Source of the DNA: an uncultured Chloroflexia bacterium
GTDB taxonomy: Bacteria > Chloroflexota > Limnocylindria > Limnocylindrales > CSP1-4
Direction: 5' to 3'
Length of the DNA: 64,000 nt
Assembly (NCBI GenBank): GCA_963833225.1
Contig: CAWHXD010000007.1
Span: 548,426-612,425 of the forward strand
Shown: positions 30,961 through 42,211 of the stretch, in pieces
Position numbering within the stretch: the stretch's first letter is position 1
Layout: each line of letters starts with the position of its first letter
Made by a program: the position numbers and the translations under genes
The notes under the pieces: model-generated
What the model saw: the letters and a program-made list of their open reading frames with translations, nothing else
Database searches by the model: none
Told to the model about the DNA's origin: nothing

Positions 30961-32914
30961 CTACTCCTCTTCTTCCCCGCCACCGGATCGTCGCCGGGCG
31001 AGCATCAGGCCCACGACCACGACGACCACGACGACCACGACGGCGCCGATGATCAGGGCGGTGTTGTCACCGCCCCCGGCAGTCGTCCCGCCGTCTGCGC
31101 TGGGAGCCGGCGTCGGTGCCACCGTCGGTGCCGCCGTGACACCCGGTGCCAGGCTTTCGGCCGCCGGCGGCGGCGTCTCCGTTGCCTTGGTGGCGTCGGT
31201 CAGCAGCGTGTATTGCAGCGTGCTGTAGGTGAACAGCGGCGTCCCGTTGTCGATCGGCTGGTTCTGCCAGCCGGCGAACTTGTCCGTGCGGTACGCGGCC
31301 AGGTTGGAGTCGTAGAACAGGACGTCGTAGGGGGCCTCGTCGTAGATCAGGTTCTGCATCTGGGCGAGGATGGTGTGGCGCGTGTCGTCCGACGTTGCCG
31401 TGGCCTGCTCGTCATACAGCTTGTCGTACTCCGGGTTGCAGTACTGGCTGTCGGACGAGGAGCCGATGTAGTCGCACCGGAAGATCTGCGTCATCCCGTT
31501 GGGATCCGGGCCCCAGGCCCAGCCCCAGAGCTCGATGTCGTAGTCAGCGCGGTATTCAGGACAGTTCGGGTCCTTCTTGGGACACGCCTCCGGGGGCAGG
31601 ACGATGTCCGCCAGCGTGGAGGAGTCGTAGGGCTGCGTCGAGACCTTGATCCCCAGGTCGTGGTACCAGGCTCTTGACGAACTGGGCCGTCTTGTCGTAG
31701 CTGGAGTCCGTGTTCGGGTAGAGGAGGCGCAGGCTGATCGGCTTGCCCTGCTTGTCGAGCCGCGCGCCGCTCTCGTCGAGGACATACCCGGCGGCATCGA
31801 GCTTCTGCTTGGCGAGGTCGATGTTGAACGACCGCGGTGTCGTGGGATCGACGTGCCACTTGCCCAGGACCGGCGGGACGATCGTGGTGCCCGGGTCGCC
31901 ATAGCCGCCCAGGATCTTGTCCACCAGGGCGTTCTTGTCGATGGCGTAGCCGAGGGCGTCACGGAAGGCCGGGTCGACGAGGGCCTGCGTGGACGGGCCG
32001 CCCTTCTTGATGGTCTTGCCGGTGCCCGAACCGTAGGTGTTGAACGCCAGCTGGGTCCAGCCGTTGGAGGCGCCGACCACGGTCTTGATGTTCGGCTCCG
32101 ACGCGAGGGCCTTGAGCTGGTCGGCGTTCGGGTTGCGCGCGTAGTCGAGCTCGCCCGCCTTGAGGGCCTGGATCATCGTGTCGTCGTTCTTGAAGAACTG
32201 GATCACGATCTCGTCCGCGGCACCCTGCGTGCCCCAGTAGTTGGGGTTGCGCTCGAAGCGCACGAATTGGCTGGTCTCCCACTGGACGGCGTAATACGGC
32301 CCGGTGCCGACGAGCGGGGTGTCGAACTTGGCGTCACCCATGGCCTGCCAGTCCGTGTCGCCCCAGATGTGCTTCGGGATGATCGGGACGTACGTCTGGA
32401 GGACCCGGTCCGACGCGTCGACCGTGTGGACGATCATGGTCTGGTCGTCCGGGCACTCGATGTCGGTGACCTGCGCGTCGGTCAGGCCCGGGTTGATGTA
32501 CCCCTCGCCGACGTAGTCATCGGCCTTGTTGGCGTCGAGATTGAGGCCCCAGGAGTAGCACGCGTCCTGGGCAGTGGCCGGCTCGCCGTCAGACCACTTC
32601 ATCCCCTCCCGGATGTGGAAGGTCCATGAGGTCCCGTCAGCGGAGCGCTCCCACTTGTCCGCGAACCCGGGGACGGGCTCGAGGTTGGGCCCGAAGTCCA
32701 CGAGCAGGTTGTAGGTGAGCTGGTAGACCTCGTAGCCCGACACGAGGATCGTCGTATACGGGTTGAGCGAGTCGAGGTCCTGGGTGGTGCCCACGCGAAG
32801 GACGAGCGGGTCCGCCGCCTTTGCGGGGACGGCCATGGTGGGCAGCAGCAGCACCGCCGTCATGGCCAGCGCCGCGAACAGGCGAACAACGCGTTGACGG
32901 ACGGGTGCGCGCAT
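30961..32914 (-). CDS. Family 5 ABC solute-binding protein with C-terminal membrane anchor (frameshift near 31669)
   Basis: Signal peptide, LDSLNP, KWSDGEP, VGTGPY, FRDALGYAID; C-terminal half (YCNPEYDKLY, P/T linker, TM, RRR) is in another frame. Confidence 0.88.
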
Positions 32915-33140
32915 GGGTGCTCCTCTCCTCGATGCCGGCGGCCGCGTCCGGACATCCGTTGGGCACGAGTTCTCCCCGATGCCCGCGCCACTGTAGGCAC
33001 GCCCAACGCGCTGGGTCAAACTGGATCGCGCATGGCGCGCCACGCGCACCAACGCGCGTACGACCGGAGGTCCATCGAGGTCCGTTGGCTGCGCGACCGG
33101 AGGGCCTATGACGGCCCGACCGATGACGGTTGCGGCCTGC

Positions 33141-33329
33141 TCAGGCAGCGGGCGCCAGCGCGCCGGCCGGCTCCGGGTCCGGAGCCAGGGCGACATGGAC
33201 CTGGCAGTCCGGGCAGTCCATGGATCCGGCCTCGAGATCGAATGGCAATGGCCGGAGGCAGAACGGGCAGTCCGCGAACAGCATGGGTCCCGATTCGGGC
33301 GGGACGAGGAACGTCGACGAGGGTGTCAT
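33141..33329 (-). CDS. Small putative zinc-ribbon protein
   Basis: 62 aa with CPFC..CPDC; GAGGA upstream of the ATG. Confidence 0.55.
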   Translation of the reverse strand: MTPSSTFLVPPESGPMLFADCPFCLRPLPFDLEAGSMDCPDCQVHVALAPDPEPAGALAPAA

Positions 33330-33411
33330 GGCCACATCCTCGTCGTGTCCCGTGCCAGCTAGCCTGTCACGGTTGCAGGCCGGTTTCGACGATCCGCCCG
33401 AGAATGGACAG

Positions 33412-34334
<923 letters not shown>

Positions 34335-34338
<4 letters not shown>

Positions 34339-35201
34339 GCCCGCGCGTGATCTTCGTCATCGCCAGCCTGACCCTGCGCGAGGTCGCCCGACGGCGGATC
34401 CTGTGGGTCCTGCTCGGGCTGTCCGTCGCGAGCGTGGTCCTCGTCGGCTGGGGCGTCGACCGCCTGGTCACGGTCGCCCACGAGGTGGGTGCCGAGGAGC
34501 TCGAGATCCGGATCGGCGTGAGCCAGGTCCTGATCCTGATCGCGTTCATGTTCAGCTTCGTGCTGGCGATGTCGGCCGCCTTCCTGGGGGCACCCGCCAT
34601 CGCGTCCGATGTCGAGACGGGCACGGTTCACGCGATGCTGGCCAGGCCGATGCGCCGCGCGGAGCTCGTGGCGGGCCGGTGGCTTGGCCTGTCGATCGTC
34701 GTTGCCGGGTACGCGGTGCTATCCGGACTGCTGGCGATTGCCGTGGTCGGGTGGGTCAGCGGCCACGTGCCTCCCGCCCCGCTGGTCGCCGTCGGGTTTC
34801 TCGCCTTCCAGGCCGTTGCGGTGCTCACGCTGGCGCTGGCGCTGGGCACCCGGCTCCCGGGCATCGCGGCCGGGGCGGTGACCGTCGTGCTGTTCGGGCT
34901 CGGCTGGTTTGCCGGTGTGCTCGGGAACATCGCGGTGGCGTTCTCGGCCGCGCCGCTGGAGCGCCTTGGCGACACCGTCCGGATCCTGATCCCGACCGAC
35001 GGCCTGTGGCGCGGCGTGATCTACGGCCTCGAGCCACCCGCGGTGCTGGTCGCGACGATGGGTCGCGGGGGCGAGGCCATGCGGGCCAACCCGTTCTTCG
35101 CGGATGCGCCGCCGCCGCTCGCGTTCACGACCTGGGCCGCGGTCTGGATCGTGCTCGTGCTCCTCGGGGGCATCGCGCTGTTCCGTCGCCGCGAGCTCTG
35201 A
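34335..35201 (+). CDS. ABC-2 type exporter permease
   Basis: Six TM segments, ETGTVHAMLARP; GTGA-coupled to the ATPase. Confidence 0.88.
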
Positions 35202-35248
35202 AGCCCGGTCGCCCGCCGGCCTCTCCTCCCTGCTGCGCCCGCTCGGGC

Positions 35249-35348
35249 CGGCACCCCGCTCCGCGGGCCCCGGGGACGACTGGCACCCTTCTCCTCGGGC
35301 GCCGGCCCCGGGGACGCCCGGCACCCTGCTCCGCGGGCCCCGGGAGCC
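35249..35348. repeat. Three imperfect GC-rich direct repeats in a convergent intergenic region
   Basis: GGCACCC.GCTCCGCGGGCCCCGGG-like units starting near 35250, 35282 and 35320. Confidence 0.6.
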
Positions 35349-35556
35349 CGAACGGTTGCACGGCGCGACACGCTGGGCGCCGGGAGCCCGAGGCAGCGCT
35401 TCGGCGCGGCGTCGGCGTGCCGATCGGGGCTCGGGAAGCCCACGTCGGCCCGGCGCGGGATCGTTGGGGCGCCAGACGCCCAGTCGCGCGCCACACGGCA
35501 GGGCGGTCCAGGGAGGGGCCGGGTATCGACCGGCGAGGACTGGCGAACCGGGGCCT

Positions 35557-37193
35557 CTAGGCCCGCGGGATCTTGCGCGTGTCGAACATGTTCGAACGCA
35601 GCACCTTCGTGCCGGACGGACGGTGGGCGTTGTACACGGAGCGGAACACGTCCGCAGACACCGTCTTGGTTCCCTTCGACCCGTAGAGCACCACCTGGTA
35701 CAGGCGCCCGGAGACGCCACGCCTGGTCAGGTCCAGCCTGGTCAGCGCGCCCACGTTCGTCCGGCTGTCCTTCCTGAACATCGACGACAACGTGTCCAGC
35801 GAAAGCCGCGTCGTGGACCACCGGAAGTACGGGGCGTCGACGTCGTACGGAACCCCGTAGATGGACCGGTCCACGATCCCGCGCAGGTACTTCACCTTGG
35901 AGGTCCCCGGCGCCCCCTTCGATGACACGAACGCGTACTCGTTGTTCTCGGTTGCGCCACCACCCGTCGAGAAGAAGAAGGCCTTGATCACCTTGTCGCC
36001 CTTGTACCGGATCACGGCTCCGGGCTCGTCCGCGACCAGCCTGTCGGTCGCCGCCCGCTCGGCCTCGATGCCTCGGTATACCTGCGACCGCGTGTCGTCG
36101 TAGACATCGTAGGTGCCCTTGTTGGGGTGCCGCCCGCGAATGCCGTACGACCGCGTGGCGATGACCTGGGCCCGCAACGCCTCCCGCGGCCAGCTGACCG
36201 GCATCTCCACCGGTGCGACGCCTCGCACGTACTGGTCGATCCCGAGGTGGTTGATCACGGAGACCGACGAGGACGACGTGCCAAGGATCAGCCGCAGCGA
36301 GCCACGGAACGTGTCGTACGTGGTTGGCTTGGAGAACAGTTGCAGGTAGGACCCCTCCTGGAGCGGCCTGACGTACGGCTGGCCATCGATCCTCGCCCTG
36401 TAGAGCACCGTCGCCGCGTCGGACGCCGTGACCTTCACCCTCCATCGACCGTGGCTGTTGCGCCAGGTCTTGAGCTGGGCGCCCTCGGGGAAGGCCGCCT
36501 CGGTCCCGTCGATGCCCCACGTCCCGCCCCGCCCGTAGATGAGCAGGGGCGTCGCCTTCGTCGCCTTGAACGACGACAGCAAGCGCACCCGGATCAGCCG
36601 CTTCGGGTTGACGGTGGACATCGTCGCGCCCTTGAAGTACGCCGTCAGGATCTCCTCGGCGGTCTGCCCGTCGCTGGCGCGGCCCTTGGCGCCCTGCTGG
36701 CTCATGCCCACGCCGTGCCCGTAGCCCTGGCCGTAGAACTTGACCGTCGAGTCCAGCTTGGTGACGGTCGTCGGCCAGTCAGGTGAAGGCCAGGGGGTCG
36801 GCGTCGGCGTTGGAACGGGCGTGGGCTCGGGTGCGCGTGGCACGGCGTGGGCGTGGGCTCGGGCGTGGGCGTTGGCACGGGCGTGGGCTCGGGTGTCGCC
36901 GTTGGCGCCGGCGTCGCCGTGGGATCCGGCGGAGGCGTGGGGGTAGGGCCAGCCGTCGGCGTCGCCATGGGATCCGGCGTCGCTGTTGATACCGGCGTCG
37001 CTGTGGGATCCGGCGCAGGCGTCGGGTCCGCGAGCGTCACGAATCCCGGATCCGGCGATGCCGGGTTGACGGCGAGGGCGGGTACCACGGTGCCGGCGAC
37101 GATCGACGACGCCATGAGGATGGCCAGGAGCCAGCGCGCAGTGCGAAGGCGGCCCGGCTGCGACTGTGGACGGCTGGTGCTGGCGATGCCCAT
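35557..37193 (-). CDS. SpoIID/LytB-domain secreted protein with P/T linker (frameshift near 36840)
   Basis: Signal peptide, (PT)n linker, GQGYGHGVGMSQ, YVRGVAPVEMP..EALRAQVIATRSY, SQVYRG, FFFSTGGGATE. Confidence 0.85.
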
Positions 37194-37302
37194 GCTCCTG
37201 AGTCTGGAGGTGACGGATCGCGGCGGCAATGGCCCGAGTGGACCCTCTCGATGCCCCGACCGGTCCACCAGCATGCCACGCGTGCCGGGTATTGTGCCCA
37301 GC

Positions 37303-37851
37303 ATGCTCCGCATCTACCTCGGCCACGGCGCTTCGGGAAGCGCCGCCTCGATGGCGCCGTGGATCGAGGGTCTCCGCGACGCCGGTTACGAGGCCCACGC
37401 GGTGACGCTTCCTCGCCGGAAGGCCGAGGACGCGATTGCCGCATTCGAGTCGCAGGTCCCAGACGAGCCAGGGGTCGTCGTCGGGGGTCACTCGTTTGGC
37501 GGGCGCGTCGCCAGCCTGTCCGCCGCGGGGATCGGGAGGGAGGCGGGGGAGCCGGCTCGCCGATACGCCGGGCTCGTCTGCCTGTCGTACCCGCTCCACC
37601 GGCCCGGCGCCCCGGACACGGCGGCGGCGAGGATCGCGCACTGGTCACAGATCGAGATCCCGGCACTGTTGCTCTCCGGCGCCGCCGACCCGTTTGCCCG
37701 GATCGACCTCCTCGAGACCTCGATGCCGATGCTCGCCCGGGGCAGGCTGGAGACCTGGCCGAAGCTTGGCCACGGCCTGCTCGCCGTTCGCGAGGCCGCC
37801 ATCGCCCGGATCGTTGCCTTCCTGGGCGACCTCGACCCCGCGGCCCGATGA
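37303..37851 (+). CDS. Alpha/beta hydrolase (KANL3/Tex30-like)
   Basis: GHGASG, GGHSFGGRVAS, LSYPLHRPG, DPF, GH. Confidence 0.85.
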   Translation: MLRIYLGHGASGSAASMAPWIEGLRDAGYEAHAVTLPRRKAEDAIAAFESQVPDEPGVVVGGHSFGGRVASLSAAGIGREAGEPARRYAGLVCLSYPLHRPGAPDTAAARIAHWSQIEIPALLLSGAADPFARIDLLETSMPMLARGRLETWPKLGHGLLAVREAAIARIVAFLGDLDPAAR

Positions 37852-37883
37852 CCCCGCGGCTGGCTGAAGCCAGGCCGGGGCTC

Positions 37884-38447
37884 CTACGATCGGAAGATGC
37901 CGCGCCGCCGCGTGGGCTGGCTGGTGGGCGCAGGTCCGGCGCCCATGCCCATCGAGCCCAGGAGCTGGTCGATCTCGGCCCGGTATGGCGCGCCCTCGCT
38001 GCGCTCCCTGAGCCAGCTGAGATAGCCGTGATCCACGCGTGCGATCTCGCCCAGCGACCAGCCGATGTGGCGGCCGAAGGGCAGGACGGTTCCCCGAGGT
38101 CGACCCGGGGGCGGTCCGGCCGCACCCTCGCCGTCCGGGCCGCGCCTCCACGCGGGTTGTGAAGGCCCCCGGGCGCCGGTAGCAGGCGCGTGACCAGGCG
38201 TGGCGGACGCCTGCGTTTGGGGGACCGCGTCGGGTCTGGGGTGGGCCCGGTCCCAGGCAGCACGGCGCTCGGGATCGCGCAGGATCGACCACGCGGCGTT
38301 GATCTCGGCCATGCGCCGTTCGGCGTTGGGGTCGGGGGACACGTCGGGATGATGGCGACGCGCCAGCTCGCGATACGCAGCCGAGATGGTGTCCGCATCG
38401 GCGTGCGCCGAGATCCCGAGAACGTCGTATGGATCGCGCTCCGACAT
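37884..38447 (-). CDS. J-domain protein with C-terminal DUF3820-like domain
   Basis: DPYDVLGI..HHPD..INAAWSILRDP; LPFGRHIGWSLGEI..YLSWL. Confidence 0.85.
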   Translation of the reverse strand: MSERDPYDVLGISAHADADTISAAYRELARRHHPDVSPDPNAERRMAEINAAWSILRDPERRAAWDRAHPRPDAVPQTQASATPGHAPATGARGPSQPAWRRGPDGEGAAGPPPGRPRGTVLPFGRHIGWSLGEIARVDHGYLSWLRERSEGAPYRAEIDQLLGSMGMGAGPAPTSQPTRRRGIFRS

Positions 38448-38564
38448 GGCACCCCCATGCTCCTCACCGGCGACCACCGGCGCGGGGATCATACGCGCGT
38501 CGCTGGTGCCGTTCGATCCACAGACGCCGTTGCGCGGAAGGGTCGGTCCGGCGAGCATGTGCGG

Positions 38565-39140
38565 ATGCAGACCTACCGGTGTCAGTGGGGCTCAGGCCCC
38601 GACCCCGCCTACCGCGCCTACCACGACACCGAGTGGGGCGTGCCCGTTCGTGACGAGCGCCACCTGTTCGAGCTGCTGGTTCTCGAGGGTGCCCAGGCGG
38701 GGCTGTCGTGGTCCATGATCCTGCACAAGCGCGAAGGCTATCGGCGGGCGTTCGCCGGCTTCGACGTCGCCGCGGTTGCGGCGTTCGACGAGGCAGACGT
38801 GGCTCGCCTGCTGGCGGATGCGGGGATCGTCCGCAACCGAGCCAAGGTCGGGTCGGCGATCGGGAATGCCCGGGCGACCCTCGCGCTCTACGACGCGGGC
38901 ACGACCCTCGCGGAGCACCTGTGGTCGTTCGTGGGCGGGGTCCCGGTCGTCAACCGGCATGGGTCCCTGGGCGAGATCCCCGCGGAGACGGACGGATCAC
39001 GAGCCATGAGCCGGGACCTGCGTTCTCGGGGGTTCCGGTTCGTCGGCCCCACGATCTGCTACGCCCTGATGCAATCGGCGGGCCTCGTCAATGACCACGA
39101 GACGGCCTGTTTCCGGTGGGCTGAGGTCCAGGCGCGCTGA
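38565..39140 (+). CDS. tag: DNA-3-methyladenine glycosylase I
   Basis: RCQW, YHDTEWGVP, LEGAQAGLSW, IVRNRAK, FVGPTICYALMQSAGLVNDH...C. Confidence 0.95.
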   Translation: MQTYRCQWGSGPDPAYRAYHDTEWGVPVRDERHLFELLVLEGAQAGLSWSMILHKREGYRRAFAGFDVAAVAAFDEADVARLLADAGIVRNRAKVGSAIGNARATLALYDAGTTLAEHLWSFVGGVPVVNRHGSLGEIPAETDGSRAMSRDLRSRGFRFVGPTICYALMQSAGLVNDHETACFRWAEVQAR

Positions 39141-39153
39141 TCTGCGGGAGCGA

Positions 39154-40311
39154 TCAGCTCCGGGCCCGCCAGGCATCGCGCATCCGGATCCGGGACCCGG
39201 TCTGGAGCACGGCCCCGGCGTAGACGCGAGCCCCGAACACGAACAGCAGCCAGATCGCCGCGACCATGAGCACGATTGACACGATGACCTCCCACGGCTC
39301 GATGGCGCCCAGCGCCACCCTGAGGGGCACCACCATCGGCGCGGCGGGCGGGAAGAACGTCATGACCCGTGCAAGCAGGCCGCCGGGCGAGTCCTGGACC
39401 ACGAACAGCGACGCGATGTAGCAGGCGGTCGCGGTCATGGTGACCGGCAGGGACGCGTTGGAGGCTTCGTCGACCCGCGAGGCGAGCGACCCGAGGAAGC
39501 CCATCGCGGTGGCATAGAGCGCGAACCCGAGCATGAACCAAATGAGCAGCTGCACCACCGCGCCAACGGTCGTCGGAGGCAGGACGAGCCGGCCGCTGAG
39601 CTGGGCGGCTGCGATCCCCGCGGCGACCAGGACGGCGAGCTGGGCGATTGCCAGGACGCCGATCCCGATGACCTTGCCCATCAGCAGGTCGCGAGCTCGC
39701 ACGGTGGACAGCACCACCTCCACGACGCGGCTCTGCTTCTCCTCGACGACGCCGGTGAGCACCCACGTGCCGTAGGTGAAGATGCCGATGAACATCAGGA
39801 TGATGCCCGCGTTCGCGAAGATGATCGCGGTGACGTCGGCGTCGGTCCGGGGCTCCAGCGCCGTCATCGTCGGAGGCACCAGGAGGGGCGCCGCTTCCGC
39901 GGCTCGGATGGCGATCACGGCGCCTGTCGTGACCGCCTGGACCTGGCTGTCCACGCTCTCCTTGACGATCAGCTCACCAGGGGTGGAGAGATCCACCGGG
40001 ACGGCCAGCGCGGCGTCGATGGAGTCGTCGGTCAGTGCCTTCTCAGCTGCCGATCGGTCCGGGAGCCGCGAGAGGTCGAGCTTCAGCTCGTAGGCGCGGC
40101 TCGTCGCCTCCAGCGCCGTTTCGAGCCCGGCCGGCACGGGCTCCACCACGGCGAGACGGGTCGCCCGGTCGGCCACGATCAGCGTGGGCAGGATGAACCC
40201 GGCTCCCAGCAGGAACAGGGTGAACAGCAGCGACAGGACGTAGCCGCGGCTCCGGCCGCGCTCGATGATCTCGCGCATCGCCACCAGGCGGATCGCCCGC
40301 AGCCGGCTCAT
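39154..40311 (-). CDS. ABC-2 permease (NatB/YhaP-like)
   Basis: VVEEKQSRVVEV, LLMGKVIG. Confidence 0.9.
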   Translation of the reverse strand: MSRLRAIRLVAMREIIERGRSRGYVLSLLFTLFLLGAGFILPTLIVADRATRLAVVEPVPAGLETALEATSRAYELKLDLSRLPDRSAAEKALTDDSIDAALAVPVDLSTPGELIVKESVDSQVQAVTTGAVIAIRAAEAAPLLVPPTMTALEPRTDADVTAIIFANAGIILMFIGIFTYGTWVLTGVVEEKQSRVVEVVLSTVRARDLLMGKVIGIGVLAIAQLAVLVAAGIAAAQLSGRLVLPPTTVGAVVQLLIWFMLGFALYATAMGFLGSLASRVDEASNASLPVTMTATACYIASLFVVQDSPGGLLARVMTFFPPAAPMVVPLRVALGAIEPWEVIVSIVLMVAAIWLLFVFGARVYAGAVLQTGSRIRMRDAWRARS

Positions 40312-41228
40312 CGCTCATCTCCGGTGGCGGAGGGCTGGGGCGCGGTGACCGCCTCCATGAACAGCTCTGACAGGCGTGGCGGTTCGAAGCTGAAGCGTCG
40401 CACCTCGCCGGCCGCGCTCGCCGCCGCCAGCAGGACGCCGAGGTCCACCTCCGCGTCGACCAGCAGCTTGACGCGATCGCCGTTCCGCTCCAGCACCGAG
40501 TGATGGTTGGTGGTGTCCAGCCAGGCCCCGTTGGAGCCCACGACCTCGACCTCGAGGTGCCTCCGGCCCGACGCCGCGCGCAGGGCCTCAATGCTCCCCT
40601 GGGCCACGACGCGCCCGCGGCTGATGATCACGACGTCCTCGCAGACCTCCTCGACCAGGTCCAGCTGGTGCGAGCTGAAGACGACGCCAACGCCCGCATG
40701 GGCACGCTCCCGAAGGACCTCTGACATGGTGGAGATCCCGATGGGGTCGAGGCCCGAGAACGGCTCATCGAGCACCAGGAGCTCGGGGTCGTGGACCAGC
40801 GCCGTCGCGAGCTGGACGCGCTGCTGATTGCCGTGCGAGAGGTCCTCGAGCTTGGACTTCGCGCGGTCGGCCAGCCCGAAGCGCTCGAGCCAGGCGGCCG
40901 AGCGCGCGCGCGCGTCGCGCGCCGACAGCCCGTGGTGTTGCCCGAAGTACGCGAGCTGTTCCGCCACCCGCATCCGCGGATACAGCCCTCGCTGCTCGGG
41001 CATGTAGCCGAAGCGAAGCCGTGTCCGGGCGTCCACGGGCTGGGCGTCCCATCGGACGTCCCCGGAATCGGGCGTGGCCAGCCCGAAGACGCAGCGCATC
41101 GCGGTCGTCTTGCCGGCGCCGTTGGGGCCGAGGAACCCGACCAGCCGTCCACGGGACGCGCTGAACGTGGCTCCGTCGAGGGCCGTGACGGACCCGTAGC
41201 GCTTGACCAGGCCTCGGATCTCGAGCAT
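40308..41228 (-). CDS. ABC-2 ATPase (NatA/YhaQ-like)
   Basis: GPNGAGKTT, GYMPEQRGLY, LSHGNQQR, LDEPFSGLDP. Confidence 0.92.
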   Translation of the reverse strand: MLEIRGLVKRYGSVTALDGATFSASRGRLVGFLGPNGAGKTTAMRCVFGLATPDSGDVRWDAQPVDARTRLRFGYMPEQRGLYPRMRVAEQLAYFGQHHGLSARDARARSAAWLERFGLADRAKSKLEDLSHGNQQRVQLATALVHDPELLVLDEPFSGLDPIGISTMSEVLRERAHAGVGVVFSSHQLDLVEEVCEDVVIISRGRVVAQGSIEALRAASGRRHLEVEVVGSNGAWLDTTNHHSVLERNGDRVKLLVDAEVDLGVLLAAASAAGEVRRFSFEPPRLSELFMEAVTAPQPSATGDER

Positions 41229-41411
41229 TGGTCCCCCGTGGCGCGCTGCCGGGCTTGGCAGCGCGGGCGCCCGGCGACTGCCGGTCAGCTCCACTCTACC
41301 CCGATCGCATGCCGGTTACGACCCGGTGAACCCGTCCATACGCGCCCGATCGACACTGGTGGAGGTGACGCCGAGGCGTAGGATCAACGGTGTGCAGGGA
41401 GGTGCCCACCA

Positions 41412-42193
41412 ATGACCACACGCGAGCCCTTCCCGGGCTCCGGTTCGAACCCCGGCGACACCTCGCCGAATGTCCCGCCGCCCGTCGCCACGGCGCCGCC
41501 GGGCGGAGGCTTCCCGCCGCCCGCCGACGCGTTCGTGCCAGGTTCGGGTGCGTTCCCACCGCCGGGTTCGAGCCCGGCGACGCCGGGCGCAGGCTCCCTC
41601 CCGCCATTCGGCCCGGTTCCGCCAACGCGCGATGCCGGGCGTGCCACGCAACCGGGGCTCGTCGCCGGGATCATCCTTGTCGTGATCGGCGGGGCGTTGC
41701 TGTCGTCCGGCTCGTCGACTTCAACTTCATCGGCGTGACCTGGCCGCTGTGGATCGTCGTGCCGGGCGTCGCGATGCTGGTCGGCTCGCTGTTCATCCCA
41801 CGCCGGGGCGGCCTGGGTCTTGCGATCCCGGGATCGATCATCACCATCGTGGGCCTGATCCTGTGGGTCCAGGAGGTCAACGGCCTGTACGCCACGTGGG
41901 CGTATGCCTGGGCGCTGGTGGCGCCCACGGGGCCGGGGCTCGGGATGTTGATCTATGGCCTCGTCCACCGGGACGGCGAGCTCGTGGGCGACGGGTTCCG
42001 CACGATGCTCGTGGGGATCGGGCTGTTCCTCGCGTTCGGCTTGTTCTTCGAGGGCTTCATCGGGCTGTCGGGGGAGCCGATCGGCAACCTGGACGAGATC
42101 CTGCCGTACGCGGTGATCGGGCTGGGCGCCCTGCTGGTCGTGCTCAGCTTCGTTGGCGGCAGGCGACGGCCGGAGTCGCAGCGATCCCGCTGA
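41412..42193 (+). CDS. Membrane protein with Pro-rich N-terminus (frameshift near 41700)
   Basis: GGAGG RBS; Pro-rich segment and a first TM, then about 5 more TM segments in the adjacent frame. Confidence 0.65.
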
Positions 42194-42211
42194 GGGGCGA
42201 CGAGTGAGGGG

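Noticed and set aside
36790-37030. Tandem DNA repeats as a non-coding repeat element
   Set aside because: They encode the Pro/Thr linker of the SpoIID protein.
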